DNA of 64,000 bases from Arenicella sp. (lineage in GTDB: Bacteria > Pseudomonadota > Gammaproteobacteria > Arenicellales > Arenicellaceae): contig JALZVW010000070.1 of the NCBI GenBank assembly GCA_023301745.1, forward strand, positions 2,427 through 66,426. Direction: 5' to 3'. The first letter of the stretch is position 1. Every line of letters begins with the position of its first letter. The notes below the pieces were generated by a model. That model searched no databases. It worked only from the letters and a program-made list of their open reading frames with translations, and had not been told where the DNA came from. Below, in pieces: positions 40,026-49,448 of this stretch. The position numbers and the translations under genes were made by a program.

Positions 40026-40283
40026 TAATGAAGATTTTCCTCGAATATATCACTCTCGCAAACCGAATGCATCACGCGAAAGCCTGACAAAACCTAGTAT
40101 TAGCCACATTGTTCAGCAAATAGCGTCAATCGCCTAATTAAACATTTCAGCCCAATAAAACCAGTCATACAACAAACCTTTAGGTTCACTTTCGTATTTT
40201 TAGTCGCACCCGTAAATTGAACCCGGTCAAACACTACGCTCTGATTAAGCAACTGATTTATGCCGAGAAAGTAGAATAGCGCT

Positions 40284-41525
40284 TTACGAATAATTTGGCA
40301 GATAGCCGAAAACGCTGGCCAGTTTAAGCGCGACGATTAGCAGCCCGAAGCTTAAAACCACAATCCATCGAGCCGACAATAATGCGCGATCGCTCGATAT
40401 AAGTTTGCGGTACATCAACGCCGGGACAATAAAAAAGCTAAAGGCAACAAAGACACCGGCATATGCTATCGCACTGACAAATCCATAAGGAGCAACAAGG
40501 CTCGCCAGCAAGGGCGGAGCAAACGCCAAACCAACCGATTGCGCGCGGCCAACCGGAGTCGGCTTAAACTTAAATCGATCAACTAAAAAATGAGCCAAGC
40601 CCAAGCCAATACTAAGAAAAGAGGTGATCACCGCAAAATGGGAGAACCAAGTTAACGCCAAGCCGATCAAGGAACTATCGGTTCGACTCTGCAACATAGT
40701 GACTAAGCCGGCAAGCCCGCCGCCGTTGCCCGAGACTTCGATAAAGCCGGTTCTGGGGATATTACCAAGCGTCGAAGCTAACCACACCACGTAGACTAAA
40801 AGCGCCAATAACAAGCCGAACAAGACACTCAAGTTAATTCTTACTCTTTGGTTATCGTAGTGGCTGCTTAAACTCGGCACTAATCCAGCGCAAGCGAAAG
40901 CGGTTACAAACACCGGCAAGGCCGACCAAAGGTATACCGCGCCGCCTGTTTGCCGATCAAATAGTATAGATACATCGGCCGACACGACCAAACCTGAATT
41001 TGCGGCTGAAAACGCCACACACATGGCGACCATTAGCAGCGTGCTGACTCGGCTGACTGACGATGTGCCCACCCAAATAAACAAGGCCATTACGCCAGTA
41101 AACAAAATGCTCAATACCCAGCGGGGTAACCCGAAATCACCACCGAAGACCGAAGCCAGGCTCGCCCCTAAAATACCGGCGCCGGCCGTAATATAGGCAT
41201 ACATCAAGATAAACATGACAAACGCGATAGATAAATTATTAACCCGCGCCCAAATCTCGCCTAAGGTGCTCCGTATCAAGGTATCGAAACTGCTGCCCGA
41301 GGGGTATTTGACATTCACCGCAATCAATAACGTGGCGGCCAAATACGTCAACAAACAGACCATTACTAAGCCTAGAGTCGCCCAAGAGAACCAAGCACCA
41401 GCGGACGCTAAAGGCAAGGCGAACATGCCAGCACCCACCGCCCCGCCTGCAACCAGAATTACACCATGCCATAGTGGTTTAACCGCCGACTTGGTGGCGC
41501 CTTTTCTTTTTAATGTCATCGTCAT
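40284..41525 (-). CDS. Aromatic amino acid permease (HAAAP family, TyrP/Mtr/TnaB-like)
   Basis: Eleven-TM-type profile. N-terminal 'GVILVAGGAVGAGMFALPLASAGAWF' is characteristic of HAAAP transporters. Confidence 0.75.
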   Translation of the reverse strand: MTMTLKRKGATKSAVKPLWHGVILVAGGAVGAGMFALPLASAGAWFSWATLGLVMVCLLTYLAATLLIAVNVKYPSGSSFDTLIRSTLGEIWARVNNLSIAFVMFILMYAYITAGAGILGASLASVFGGDFGLPRWVLSILFTGVMALFIWVGTSSVSRVSTLLMVAMCVAFSAANSGLVVSADVSILFDRQTGGAVYLWSALPVFVTAFACAGLVPSLSSHYDNQRVRINLSVLFGLLLALLVYVVWLASTLGNIPRTGFIEVSGNGGGLAGLVTMLQSRTDSSLIGLALTWFSHFAVITSFLSIGLGLAHFLVDRFKFKPTPVGRAQSVGLAFAPPLLASLVAPYGFVSAIAYAGVFVAFSFFIVPALMYRKLISSDRALLSARWIVVLSFGLLIVALKLASVFGYLPNYS

Positions 41526-41623
41526 AGCTTACACCGAGTAAGAACACTATGGCGTGCAATATTCGGTCATATACTCCGAACAAATTTTTGACTATAATCT
41601 CGGCCCCGATAGCTTTATCGGGG

Positions 41624-41775
41624 TTCTCAGGGCGGGGTGCAATTCCCCACCGGCGGTAATCACAAACATTAATTGTAATGTGTAGCCCGCGGGCGCTTCT
41701 AATTATTCATTAACTAGAAGGACAAGCAGACTTGGTTAGATTCCAAGGCCGACAGTGAAAGTCTGGTTATGAGAA
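41624..41775 (+). promoter_or_regulatory. FMN riboswitch (RFN element) aptamer controlling ribH
   Basis: P1 TTCTCA...TGAGAA encloses the conserved cores 'AGGGCGGGGTGCAATTCCCCACCGGCGGTA', 'AGCCCGCGGGCG' and 'GATTCCAAGGCCGACAGTGAAAGTCTGG'. A perfect TATAAT lies at 41592-41597 upstream. Confidence 0.9.
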
Positions 41776-41867
41776 TAAGGTGGAGAGTCATTGGTTTTGC
41801 AGACGCAATCCAGCGATGTCACCCCTTGTTTGCCCTCAATTTAGTGTTTCAGATTGAGTTAAATATA

Positions 41868-42326
41868 ATGACAAATCCTTCTTCAGATTCAAAGCGAATC
41901 GCTTTCATTCAAGCCTGCTGGCACCGTGACATTGTTGATCAATTACGTGATTCATTTGCAAAAGAGTTCGCAACCTTAAGCGACTTGAGCGTAGATTTCT
42001 TCGAACTGCCCGGCGCCTATGAGATTCCCCTGCATGCTAAAACGCTCGCTGAAAGCGGCAAATACGCAGGCATCGTGGCCGCCGGATTAGTTGTCGATGG
42101 CGGTATTTACAGGCATGACTTTGTCGCTACCGCTGTTATAGATGGCTTAATGCGTGCACAAATGGACACAGGCGTGCCAGTATTCTCTGCAGTATTAACC
42201 CCTCACCATTTTCACGCGGGCGAAGAACATACCGAGTTCTTCAAAGCTCATTTTGTCAAAAAAGGCAAAGAAGCCGCCAATGCCTGTGTGCAAACTATCG
42301 CCAGCTTAGACAAGCTCGCTATTTAA
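41868..42326 (+). CDS. ribH: 6,7-dimethyl-8-ribityllumazine synthase, type II (Brucella RibH2-like)
   Basis: 'RIAFIQACWHRDIVD', 'ELPGAYEIPLHAKTLAESGKYAGIV', 'VVDGGIYRHDFVATAVIDG' and 'VLTPHHFH' closely parallel Brucella RibH2 as I remember it. ATG at 41868; the tracked start at 41769 lies inside riboswitch P1. Confidence 0.85.
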   Translation: MTNPSSDSKRIAFIQACWHRDIVDQLRDSFAKEFATLSDLSVDFFELPGAYEIPLHAKTLAESGKYAGIVAAGLVVDGGIYRHDFVATAVIDGLMRAQMDTGVPVFSAVLTPHHFHAGEEHTEFFKAHFVKKGKEAANACVQTIASLDKLAI

Positions 42327-42346
42327 CCGCCTAAATATAATAACGA

Positions 42347-42380
42347 TTAGGGCTGCGCTCAGCAGATCAAGCAGCCCTAA
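42347..42380 (+). terminator. 10-bp stem-loop downstream of ribH (no U-tract)
   Basis: TTAGGGCTGC-N14-GCAGCCCTAA, 21 nt after the ribH stop. Confidence 0.4.
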
Positions 42381-42531
42381 AGCACCCAGCACTCGCAGTG
42401 CATTGCTTGCGAAAAGTAGTAATCTCAAGAGAAATCAGGGCACGCAAACCTAAGTTGCAAGAAAAAGGGTTTGAAATCTCTGTGGAACAGCGCAAAATCA
42501 TTGCCAATAGAGTCGAAGAGATATCCATAAT

Positions 42532-43977
42532 ATGGCCGACACCGCCTTGCCAAACACCATAGTTAGTTTCATACACGATTCAATAATCGGTTTTATTAAC
42601 AACCTTTTGTGGGGCGACTATAGTGTTTTGATTATTCTATTAGTGGTCGCCGGCATTTGGTTTACCGCGTCCTTAGGCTTGGTGCAATTCAAGCACTTTG
42701 GCCACATGTTCAGCTTAATTAGAAGTAGTACTAAATCTGATAACGAGGGCATCAGTTCATTTCAAGCACTGTGCACCAGCCTCTCGGCACGAGTAGGTAC
42801 GGGCAACTTGGCGGGTGTGGCCATGGCTATTTCGGTTGGCGGCGCAGGCGCTGTATTTTGGATGTGGGTCATCGCCTTGCTCGGCATGGCTACTGGTTTT
42901 GCCGAAAGCTTGTTAGCTCAAGTATATAAAGTTCGCGACAAAAACAACCAATTTCGAGGTGGGCCAGCCTACTATATACAACAAGGTTTAGGCAAAAAAT
43001 GGCTCGCGGTCACGTTTTCTGTTTGCTTATTTCTCGGTTACGGGCTGTTCTTTAGCGCCATGCAGGCCAACACGATTAGTGACGCGCTGAACAACGCCTA
43101 TCAGATACCAACCTTATATTCTGGGCTGGTGATCACCATTATTGCGGGCGCGATTGTCATTGGCGGATTACGTACCATCGCGCGCTTCGCCGAGCTAGTG
43201 GTGCCGATCATGGGCATCGCCTACATCGTTACGGCACTAGGCATAACACTGTATAACATCAATGCCGTGCCCGAAATGCTAATGAACATCATCAATTCGG
43301 CCTTCGGGTTACAAGAAGCTGGCGCTGGCGCGCTAGGTGCCGCTCTCAAAGCAGGTATTCAACGAGGCCTATATTCCAACGAAGCGGGATCAGGCAGCGC
43401 TCCGCATGCCGCCGCTAGCGCCTCACCAAACCCAAATCACCCGGCTACACAAGGTTATATTCAAATGCTTGGTGTGTTTTTTGACACCATTATTCTATGT
43501 ACCTGTACGGCGGTAATCATTTTACTAGCCGGCGACATTCCCGCTGGAGAAATGACCGGCATTCGCTTAACCCAAGATGCCATGACTCAACATATTGGTA
43601 GCTCGGGCCTGCATTTTGTATCGATCGCGATCACTCTCTTCGCATTCACGTCAGTTGTTGCTAACTACGCCTATGCCCAAAGTAATCTTAGGATTTTTGG
43701 TATCGATAATAGATGGGGAAACGGAATTTATACCCTCGCCTATTTAGCGATGGTATTTTGGGGCACCGGCGCCCGACTAGATGTCGTTTGGAGTGCCGCC
43801 GACATGGCCCTTGGCTTGATGACACTGGTTAACGTTATTGCATTAGTGCTACTAACACCAACCATTGTTGCAGTTAGTAAAGATTATTTTGCTAAACATG
43901 ACAATGACAAGCCTATGAACTTTAAAAAGGGCGACTGCGCAATTCAAGGCAAAACTGAAGATGGAATTTGGAGCTAA
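42532..43977 (+). CDS. Alanine/glycine:cation symporter (AGCS family)
   Basis: 'SSFQALCTSLSARVGTGNLAGVAMAISVGGAGAVFWMW' and 'GLYSNEAGSGSAP' are AGCS signatures. Confidence 0.88.
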   Translation: MADTALPNTIVSFIHDSIIGFINNLLWGDYSVLIILLVVAGIWFTASLGLVQFKHFGHMFSLIRSSTKSDNEGISSFQALCTSLSARVGTGNLAGVAMAISVGGAGAVFWMWVIALLGMATGFAESLLAQVYKVRDKNNQFRGGPAYYIQQGLGKKWLAVTFSVCLFLGYGLFFSAMQANTISDALNNAYQIPTLYSGLVITIIAGAIVIGGLRTIARFAELVVPIMGIAYIVTALGITLYNINAVPEMLMNIINSAFGLQEAGAGALGAALKAGIQRGLYSNEAGSGSAPHAAASASPNPNHPATQGYIQMLGVFFDTIILCTCTAVIILLAGDIPAGEMTGIRLTQDAMTQHIGSSGLHFVSIAITLFAFTSVVANYAYAQSNLRIFGIDNRWGNGIYTLAYLAMVFWGTGARLDVVWSAADMALGLMTLVNVIALVLLTPTIVAVSKDYFAKHDNDKPMNFKKGDCAIQGKTEDGIWS

Positions 43978-44049
43978 TCGCAGAACCAGCTATATTTGCG
44001 GCTCTAGGGTATGCAGACTATCGAAACATGTGCGATGGTCGGGCCAACA

Positions 44050-44916
44050 ATGAATGTATTCACAATTACACTTAGTTTACTGATGATAATAGATCCGAAT
44101 TTTGCCCAAGCCGTTGATGTACAAGGCCACCGAGGGGCCAGAGCGGTATTGCCTGAGAATTCTTTACCAGCGTTAAAACACGCTCTAGAACTTGGCGTCG
44201 ACACGCTCGAGTTTGATCTGGGAGTAAGTAAGGATGGCGTGGTTGTGGTGATGCACGACCAACGAATTAACCCTGTTATTTGTCAATATAAAGATGGTTC
44301 GCAAGTAGAGGAAGATCTATGGGTTCATCAATTGAGCCTCGAGCAAATCAAACAGTTCGATTGTGGCGCCAAGAAGAACCCGAGATTTGACAAGCAAGCC
44401 ACTATTGCCGGAACCGAAATACCCACTCTCGCTGAAGTATTTGAAATGGTTACCACCTCAGGCCTGTCGAACGCAAAGACGGTTGCATTCAATATCGAAA
44501 CAAAAAGCGACCCAGACATGCCTCACGCTCAGCCCGCGGCCGAGTCTTTTGTTGAAGCGATTTTAGAAGTCGTTCAGCAATACGATTTAGAGCCGCGCGT
44601 GACATTGCAATCATTCGACCCCGCGACATTAGTCGCCGCTAAGAGTATCGCGCCAAACTTGCAACTCTCAGCACTATTCAGCGACAAGCCCGACGACTGG
44701 GTAGACGCCGCTGAGTCAATGGGCGCCGACATCGTCTCGCCTCATCACACGCTGATCGGCAGACGAGATGTCGACGCGATTCAAGATGCTGGCTTAGGCG
44801 TGATTCCATGGACGGCAAACAGCAAGCGACAATGGGCGCGGCTGATGAGACTCGGTGTTGACGGCATCATTACCGACGACCCTGAGGCGCTACTAAAGTA
44901 TCTGGAGCGCCTCTAA
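44050..44916 (+). CDS. Glycerophosphodiester phosphodiesterase (GlpQ/UgpQ family), secreted
   Basis: Signal peptide 'MNVFTITLSLLMIIDPNFAQA', then the GDPD motifs 'QGHRGARAVLPENSLPA', 'LEFDLGVSKDGVVVVMHD' and 'GVDGIITDDPE'. The start is chosen at the ATG that yields the signal peptide. Confidence 0.8.
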   Translation: MNVFTITLSLLMIIDPNFAQAVDVQGHRGARAVLPENSLPALKHALELGVDTLEFDLGVSKDGVVVVMHDQRINPVICQYKDGSQVEEDLWVHQLSLEQIKQFDCGAKKNPRFDKQATIAGTEIPTLAEVFEMVTTSGLSNAKTVAFNIETKSDPDMPHAQPAAESFVEAILEVVQQYDLEPRVTLQSFDPATLVAAKSIAPNLQLSALFSDKPDDWVDAAESMGADIVSPHHTLIGRRDVDAIQDAGLGVIPWTANSKRQWARLMRLGVDGIITDDPEALLKYLERL

Positions 44917-45104
44917 ATGCTGAGCGCTCGTTAAGCATTAATAAAAGGCTTAACGCGAGAAAACTGCTCATACTTAACGGCATGTATTGAACTGACTGGA
45001 GCACTAGATGGACACGATTATGATGAGCCTTCACGCCTACATAATTTTTTATTTCAGCTCAAAAATTAGTGATAATTTTAGCTAAAATAGTGTCTACTTC
45101 TCGT

Positions 45105-45854
45105 ATGTTAATAGAAGTGAAACGACAGGGTGCTTGGCGCTGCCTAAGTAACCCTCGACAACAAGATTGGGTTAAAAGTCTGGCCGAGATTCCAGAACTA
45201 TTAGAGACGCTATCGATACTACCAAAGACCCTCAAAGACAATCATCGAAGCTTGGTAATGCTGGGTGAATTGTCCGGAAGACTCATGGTGGCTAAACAAC
45301 CGCGCGATAAAAATAAACGCCTTTGGGCAAGAGTCCTTAGTTACATCGAACAAACCGAGGCCGCGCAAACGCTGTCGACCTTAGAACATTTTCACCAACT
45401 AGGCATTGAGTCAGTTCAACCTCTTTTTGTGCTAGAGAAACGCTCTCTAGGGGCGGTAGTTGATTCGTGGGTGTGTTACGAGTTTAGAGCCGGCACACCC
45501 TGCGATGAATCCTGCGTGTTCGATATTATTGAGATGCTTAAAACAATTCACCAAGCGGGGTTTCGCCACAATGACCCAAATTTGGGTAACTTTTTGCTTG
45601 ATGATCAAGGCGAAATGTTTGTACTCGACTCGCGCGGCCGCAAACGTTCAGGCCATTTTAGTGATGCCAACGACTTCTTTTTACTCAAGAAAATAAATAA
45701 AACCTTGACTGATTTTCAGGTAAGTGATGTCGAGCATCTAGATCCAACAACTTGGGGTTATCGCTTAGCCGTGCTGTACAACAAAATAAAGTCGGCTCGT
45801 TCATTTGTTAAAAATAGACTAAAGAAAAATAGACCCAAAAATACTCAAACGTAA
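45105..45854 (+). CDS. Lipopolysaccharide-kinase (Kdo/WaaP/InaA-like) family protein
   Basis: Catalytic-loop-like 'GFRHNDPNLGNFLLDDQGEMFVLD'. Size and layout fit the small LPS-kinase family. ATG at 45105 preferred over the GTG at 45069. Confidence 0.6.
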   Translation: MLIEVKRQGAWRCLSNPRQQDWVKSLAEIPELLETLSILPKTLKDNHRSLVMLGELSGRLMVAKQPRDKNKRLWARVLSYIEQTEAAQTLSTLEHFHQLGIESVQPLFVLEKRSLGAVVDSWVCYEFRAGTPCDESCVFDIIEMLKTIHQAGFRHNDPNLGNFLLDDQGEMFVLDSRGRKRSGHFSDANDFFLLKKINKTLTDFQVSDVEHLDPTTWGYRLAVLYNKIKSARSFVKNRLKKNRPKNTQT

Positions 45855-45858
45855 AACA

Positions 45859-46128
45859 TCACTCTGATCGGGCTTTATGCTTCAGCGGTGTGAATATAAT
45901 AACCAGCGACGCTAATACGAGAATAGGCACAATCACCAACGGACCAAAAAAATAATTGCTGAAAAAATAAGCTAACGATGTAAAGCCGATAACGGTAAGC
46001 AACGACCATAAAACATCATGCCTTAGCGCTTCGCCACAGCTCACGCACTTAAGGGTCAAGCCAAATAATTTCCTTACCCAACTCATCGCAGTATTGCCAC
46101 AGTTAGGGCATAGTAATATTTTCGTCAT
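45859..46128 (-). CDS. Small zinc-ribbon membrane protein (hypothetical)
   Basis: 'CPNCG...CVSCG' (CxxC-N20-CxxC) followed by two hydrophobic helices. ATG at 46128; a GTG at 46149 would overlap the upstream gene's stop. Confidence 0.45.
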   Translation of the reverse strand: MTKILLCPNCGNTAMSWVRKLFGLTLKCVSCGEALRHDVLWSLLTVIGFTSLAYFFSNYFFGPLVIVPILVLASLVIIFTPLKHKARSE

Positions 46129-46138
46129 ACCGAATACC

Positions 46139-46978
46139 TTATTGGTCACGGTCTAGCTGCCAGTTTGGCTGACGCTTTTCGATCAGCGCATTGACACCCT
46201 CTTGGTAATTAGGCTGCTTCATCATTGCTTTAAGTAACTCGCCAGCTTCCTGGTTCGACGTGCCCACGTCGCGATGCAAGTCAACATAGACTTGACGTTT
46301 TGACTGACGCAGCGACTCTGGCGCGTTTCTTGCGATCAAATCAAGCGCGTAAGCACGTACATCAGCCATTAAGCTCTCTTTGCTAGAGAGTTGGTGTACC
46401 AATCCGATTCGCTCAGCCTCTTGTGAAAGGAACTTACGACTCGAAATAAGTAATTCGGCGGCTCTAGAACCGCCGATAAGTCTTGGTAACAACCACGATA
46501 AACCACATTCAACCGGCAAATTTAGCGGGCCATGGGCGGCCGTAAATTTAACTCCACTAACCGCAAAGCGAATGTCTGTATAACAGGCCAACACAAACCC
46601 GACACCGGCCATTGGCCCATTTATCGCTGCAATCACCGGCTTCGATAATGCAAGGTGATAGGCATAGTCGTGCCTAAACTCGGCAAATTCGGTCGACCCG
46701 GGTGTAATTAAGTCAGGACCAGTCCCCGAATCATATTCTCCGGTCTCAGCAAAAACTTCTAGACCATCGACATCGGCACCAACGCAAAAGTAGTCATCAG
46801 CACCAGTAACAATAATCACACCCACGTCGGCATCGGTATCGGCTTTATGTAAAAGCGCACGGTACTCCGTGTGCATAATTCCCGTCCAGGCATTGGCTCG
46901 GTGCGGCCGGTTTAAGGTGATCGTCGCTATGCGGTCATTGACCTGATAAAGGGTTTCGTACAATTCAAGGTTGCTCAT
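46139..46978 (-). CDS. Enoyl-CoA hydratase/isomerase (crotonase) family protein
   Basis: 'ITLNRPHRANAW', 'VIIVTGADDYFCVGAD' and 'PVIAAINGPMAGVG' form the crotonase oxyanion-hole pattern. Confidence 0.85.
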   Translation of the reverse strand: MSNLELYETLYQVNDRIATITLNRPHRANAWTGIMHTEYRALLHKADTDADVGVIIVTGADDYFCVGADVDGLEVFAETGEYDSGTGPDLITPGSTEFAEFRHDYAYHLALSKPVIAAINGPMAGVGFVLACYTDIRFAVSGVKFTAAHGPLNLPVECGLSWLLPRLIGGSRAAELLISSRKFLSQEAERIGLVHQLSSKESLMADVRAYALDLIARNAPESLRQSKRQVYVDLHRDVGTSNQEAGELLKAMMKQPNYQEGVNALIEKRQPNWQLDRDQ

Positions 46979-47117
46979 ACTGTTTATCCAGTGTTAGTTC
47001 TGAAGTCGCTGGCCTAAGCCGCACTGGGGCAAATTATATGCTGACACAATTTCATGGTCGTCACATCCAACAACTAACCAGCCTTTTATAAATACCGATC
47101 AACTGTTAACCTTAAAA

Positions 47118-47600
47118 TCAACCGGCATTAATCGCTGTCGCGACATCCACCACTGTTTCGCGCTTTAACTGTTCCATAGAAAACGTCGACGAGACGCCTG
47201 AGAGCCCCGAAACTCGCGTGATGAGCTCTTGATACACATTATCGTAATGCTCAAGATCACGAACCAATACTTTCAGCAGGTAATCCACATCACCAGTCAT
47301 ACGATGACATTCAATGATTTCAGAAATTTGTTCAATAGAGTCGGCAAACGATGTTAACCATTGCTGATTATGGGTATCGATACGAATGGAGACAAAAGCC
47401 GTTATGCCAAGGCCGATTGCTTTCGGGCTAACAATCGCCACTCGACGTTCGATAACACCCTGTTCTTCTAGCCGTTTAATTCGCCGCCAGCACGGATTGT
47501 TAGTTAAACCAACTTGGCCCGCAATATCTTGCACTGAAACGGTGGCATCTCGTTGCAAGATACCAAGAATATTACGATCAATATTATCTAATTCTATCAT
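47118..47600 (-). CDS. Lrp/AsnC-family transcriptional regulator
   Basis: 'LDNIDRNILGILQRDATVSVQDIAGQVGLTNNPCWRRIKRLEEQGVI' (HTH) plus a C-terminal RAM domain. Confidence 0.88.
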   Translation of the reverse strand: MIELDNIDRNILGILQRDATVSVQDIAGQVGLTNNPCWRRIKRLEEQGVIERRVAIVSPKAIGLGITAFVSIRIDTHNQQWLTSFADSIEQISEIIECHRMTGDVDYLLKVLVRDLEHYDNVYQELITRVSGLSGVSSTFSMEQLKRETVVDVATAINAG

Positions 47601-47788
47601 ATGGCTAAAAACTGAAAATTAATTCTACAAAAAACCATATTATACAGAAATTATTTACATGTTTTGCAGCGAATTCAGTTGAACTAATCTAGTTATTTCA
47701 GCCATTAGTCAGTTCGCGATAGTAGCGGCGATCTACCAACCGCTACGCATAGAATAAACCACCATGAAATTGGAGACCGCCGTTTTGC

Positions 47789-48052
47789 TCACTCAGGCTT
47801 TCGAGCGACCATTTGGCTATGGTCTCCCAATGAGGTATCCATACGATGCTCGACCATAGCCGCATGCAAGCCAACAACAACCTCACTGCCAGTTTTGACA
47901 CACATAAATGGAAATACAGCATGTAAGAAGCAAGCAATGCCGCCAAAGATCATGCGAACGCCAAACTTACTGGCGCTGACTAAGTGCTGAGCATAAGTCT
48001 CACCGACCAATGCAGGGTGATCTTGAAACAGCCTATCGAAAAAATTGTTCAT
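47789..48052 (-). CDS. DUF6356-like small membrane protein
   Basis: 'FDRLFQDHPALVGETYAQHLVSASKFGVRMIFGGIACFLHAVFP' resembles the DUF6356 family pattern as recalled. The overlapping 67-aa ORF (47743..47946) is discounted. Confidence 0.5.
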   Translation of the reverse strand: MNNFFDRLFQDHPALVGETYAQHLVSASKFGVRMIFGGIACFLHAVFPFMCVKTGSEVVVGLHAAMVEHRMDTSLGDHSQMVARKPE

Positions 48053-48252
48053 TTTTATCCTAATTCAGTGATTGTTGCCAACACAGCATCGCAATGGCCT
48101 ATGCATCAAATAAGTATTTAGTATACTTAGTGACACATTGCTCGGCATCCCAAAAAACGCTAGAAAAAAAACAAAAATTGGTATGAAAATGACAAAAAAA
48201 GACTATAAATAGATTTATATTTCAAGATACTAATATCTAGAAGAAAATAGAA

Positions 48253-48283
48253 AAAAGGCATTCAAATAGGAAATATGCCTTTT
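48253..48283 (-). terminator. Bidirectional-type hairpin terminator downstream of the 7TM-HTH / KAS III cassette
   Basis: AAAAGGCAT-N13-ATGCCTTTT, flanked by an A-run and a T-run, inside a very AT-rich spacer. Confidence 0.6.
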
Positions 48284-48491
48284 GGACTTTTCATCCTCAG
48301 GAAGCCACAATGCCCATCGGCGCGCCAATCTTCGGCAAAGCTTGTGCTTTTCCAGGCACGCATCACTACCATGATCGCGCGCTAGCGGGTTGGTCAACGG
48401 CTTGAGTCGTCAAGACCAAGCTGAATTAGAGACGCCCTAGCTCAATGAATAACATTCAAGGTAAAGATTCAGCTCATTTTTACAGAACACA

Positions 48492-49427
48492 TTAATCGCC
48501 TTGTCCGTGTCCTCTCATTTCCAAGCGATTGAAAATACCGTAAAGCGTACTTCGTTTAATACCAAGGTTATTGGCGGTTAACGACACATTATCGCCCGCT
48601 CGATCTAAGGCGCTTTGAATTAACATTCTTTCTATTTCGCTCTTGGTTTCAGGTAACTTGGTATCACCAACCACATGTGAACGATAAATAGACACCAGTT
48701 TCTTTTCAGCTTTCCGTTGCGCTGAGAACGGGAGCCCACCTTGAATATTAATTAGATTGTTATTTTTCTCTGTCAGGACAACCAGTAATAGAAAAAATGT
48801 GCTAGCAAAAGGAATTAAGATTGCGCCGGTATACTGGAAGTTCGCTTGCATCATGATCATGACGATCAGAGAAACAATAATGATCGGTGATAACGCGAAG
48901 CCTGCGTAAAAACACTTCAACTGAACATTTATATCAATGGTCGTGGCATAGCGCCTGACCAAAATATAAAAAATCGAGGCAAACCCTAAAAGCACTACGA
49001 GTTGGAACAAAAAGTAGTAGTCACCCTTGACCGCGGTAATCGCATAACCAATCGAGACTGCTCCAGCTATAATCAAATCTGTTTGGAAAGTCACTAAAGC
49101 CATTAACACCGCAACACTAAGTGCGACGGTGTTAAACATAATATGACTGCTTTGATTTGCAACTGACATTGCGAAAATACACATAAACGCGAGTGAAAAT
49201 AACAAGGCTACATAGTATGACCTTAGTAAATTTTCCGAAACTATGTTGTTGAACAATTCAGAAATCACTAAAAACTCAGACAAATTGTTTACAGCAAAAA
49301 AGATCAACAAACACAAAAATGTTTGTGATGCGTAGTCGGCCTTTTTAGTGAGAACGTTCTTTGCAAGAATATAAACCCATACCTTTGAAAGTAGAGCTAT
49401 CAGTGCTGGTAAAGCAAAAACAGACAT
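48492..49427 (-). CDS. Polytopic membrane protein (about 7-8 TM) with a C-terminal Fis/NtrC-type HTH (HTH_8); putative membrane-integral one-component regulator
   Basis: The first ~220 aa are almost entirely hydrophobic helices. The C-terminal 'EIERMLIQSALDRAGDNVSLTANNLGIKRSTLYGIFNRL' fits the Fis-type HTH pattern (compare NtrC in this window). No receiver, AAA+ or kinase motifs. Confidence 0.65.
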   Translation of the reverse strand: MSVFALPALIALLSKVWVYILAKNVLTKKADYASQTFLCLLIFFAVNNLSEFLVISELFNNIVSENLLRSYYVALLFSLAFMCIFAMSVANQSSHIMFNTVALSVAVLMALVTFQTDLIIAGAVSIGYAITAVKGDYYFLFQLVVLLGFASIFYILVRRYATTIDINVQLKCFYAGFALSPIIIVSLIVMIMMQANFQYTGAILIPFASTFFLLLVVLTEKNNNLINIQGGLPFSAQRKAEKKLVSIYRSHVVGDTKLPETKSEIERMLIQSALDRAGDNVSLTANNLGIKRSTLYGIFNRLEMRGHGQGD

Positions 49428-49448
49428 AATAAATCATCCCATATTTAA

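Noticed and set aside
41769-41867. Tracked start of the ribH ORF at 41769 (185 aa)
   Set aside because: That ATG lies inside the 3' strand of riboswitch helix P1 (TTATGAGAA). Homology to lumazine synthase begins only after the ATG at 41868.
42381-42531. Looked for a glycine riboswitch or other leader element upstream of the alanine/glycine:cation symporter
   Set aside because: No conserved glycine-riboswitch cores are visible (the GGAGAG...CACCG...GGGCAA-type elements). Only the ribH-proximal hairpin was found.
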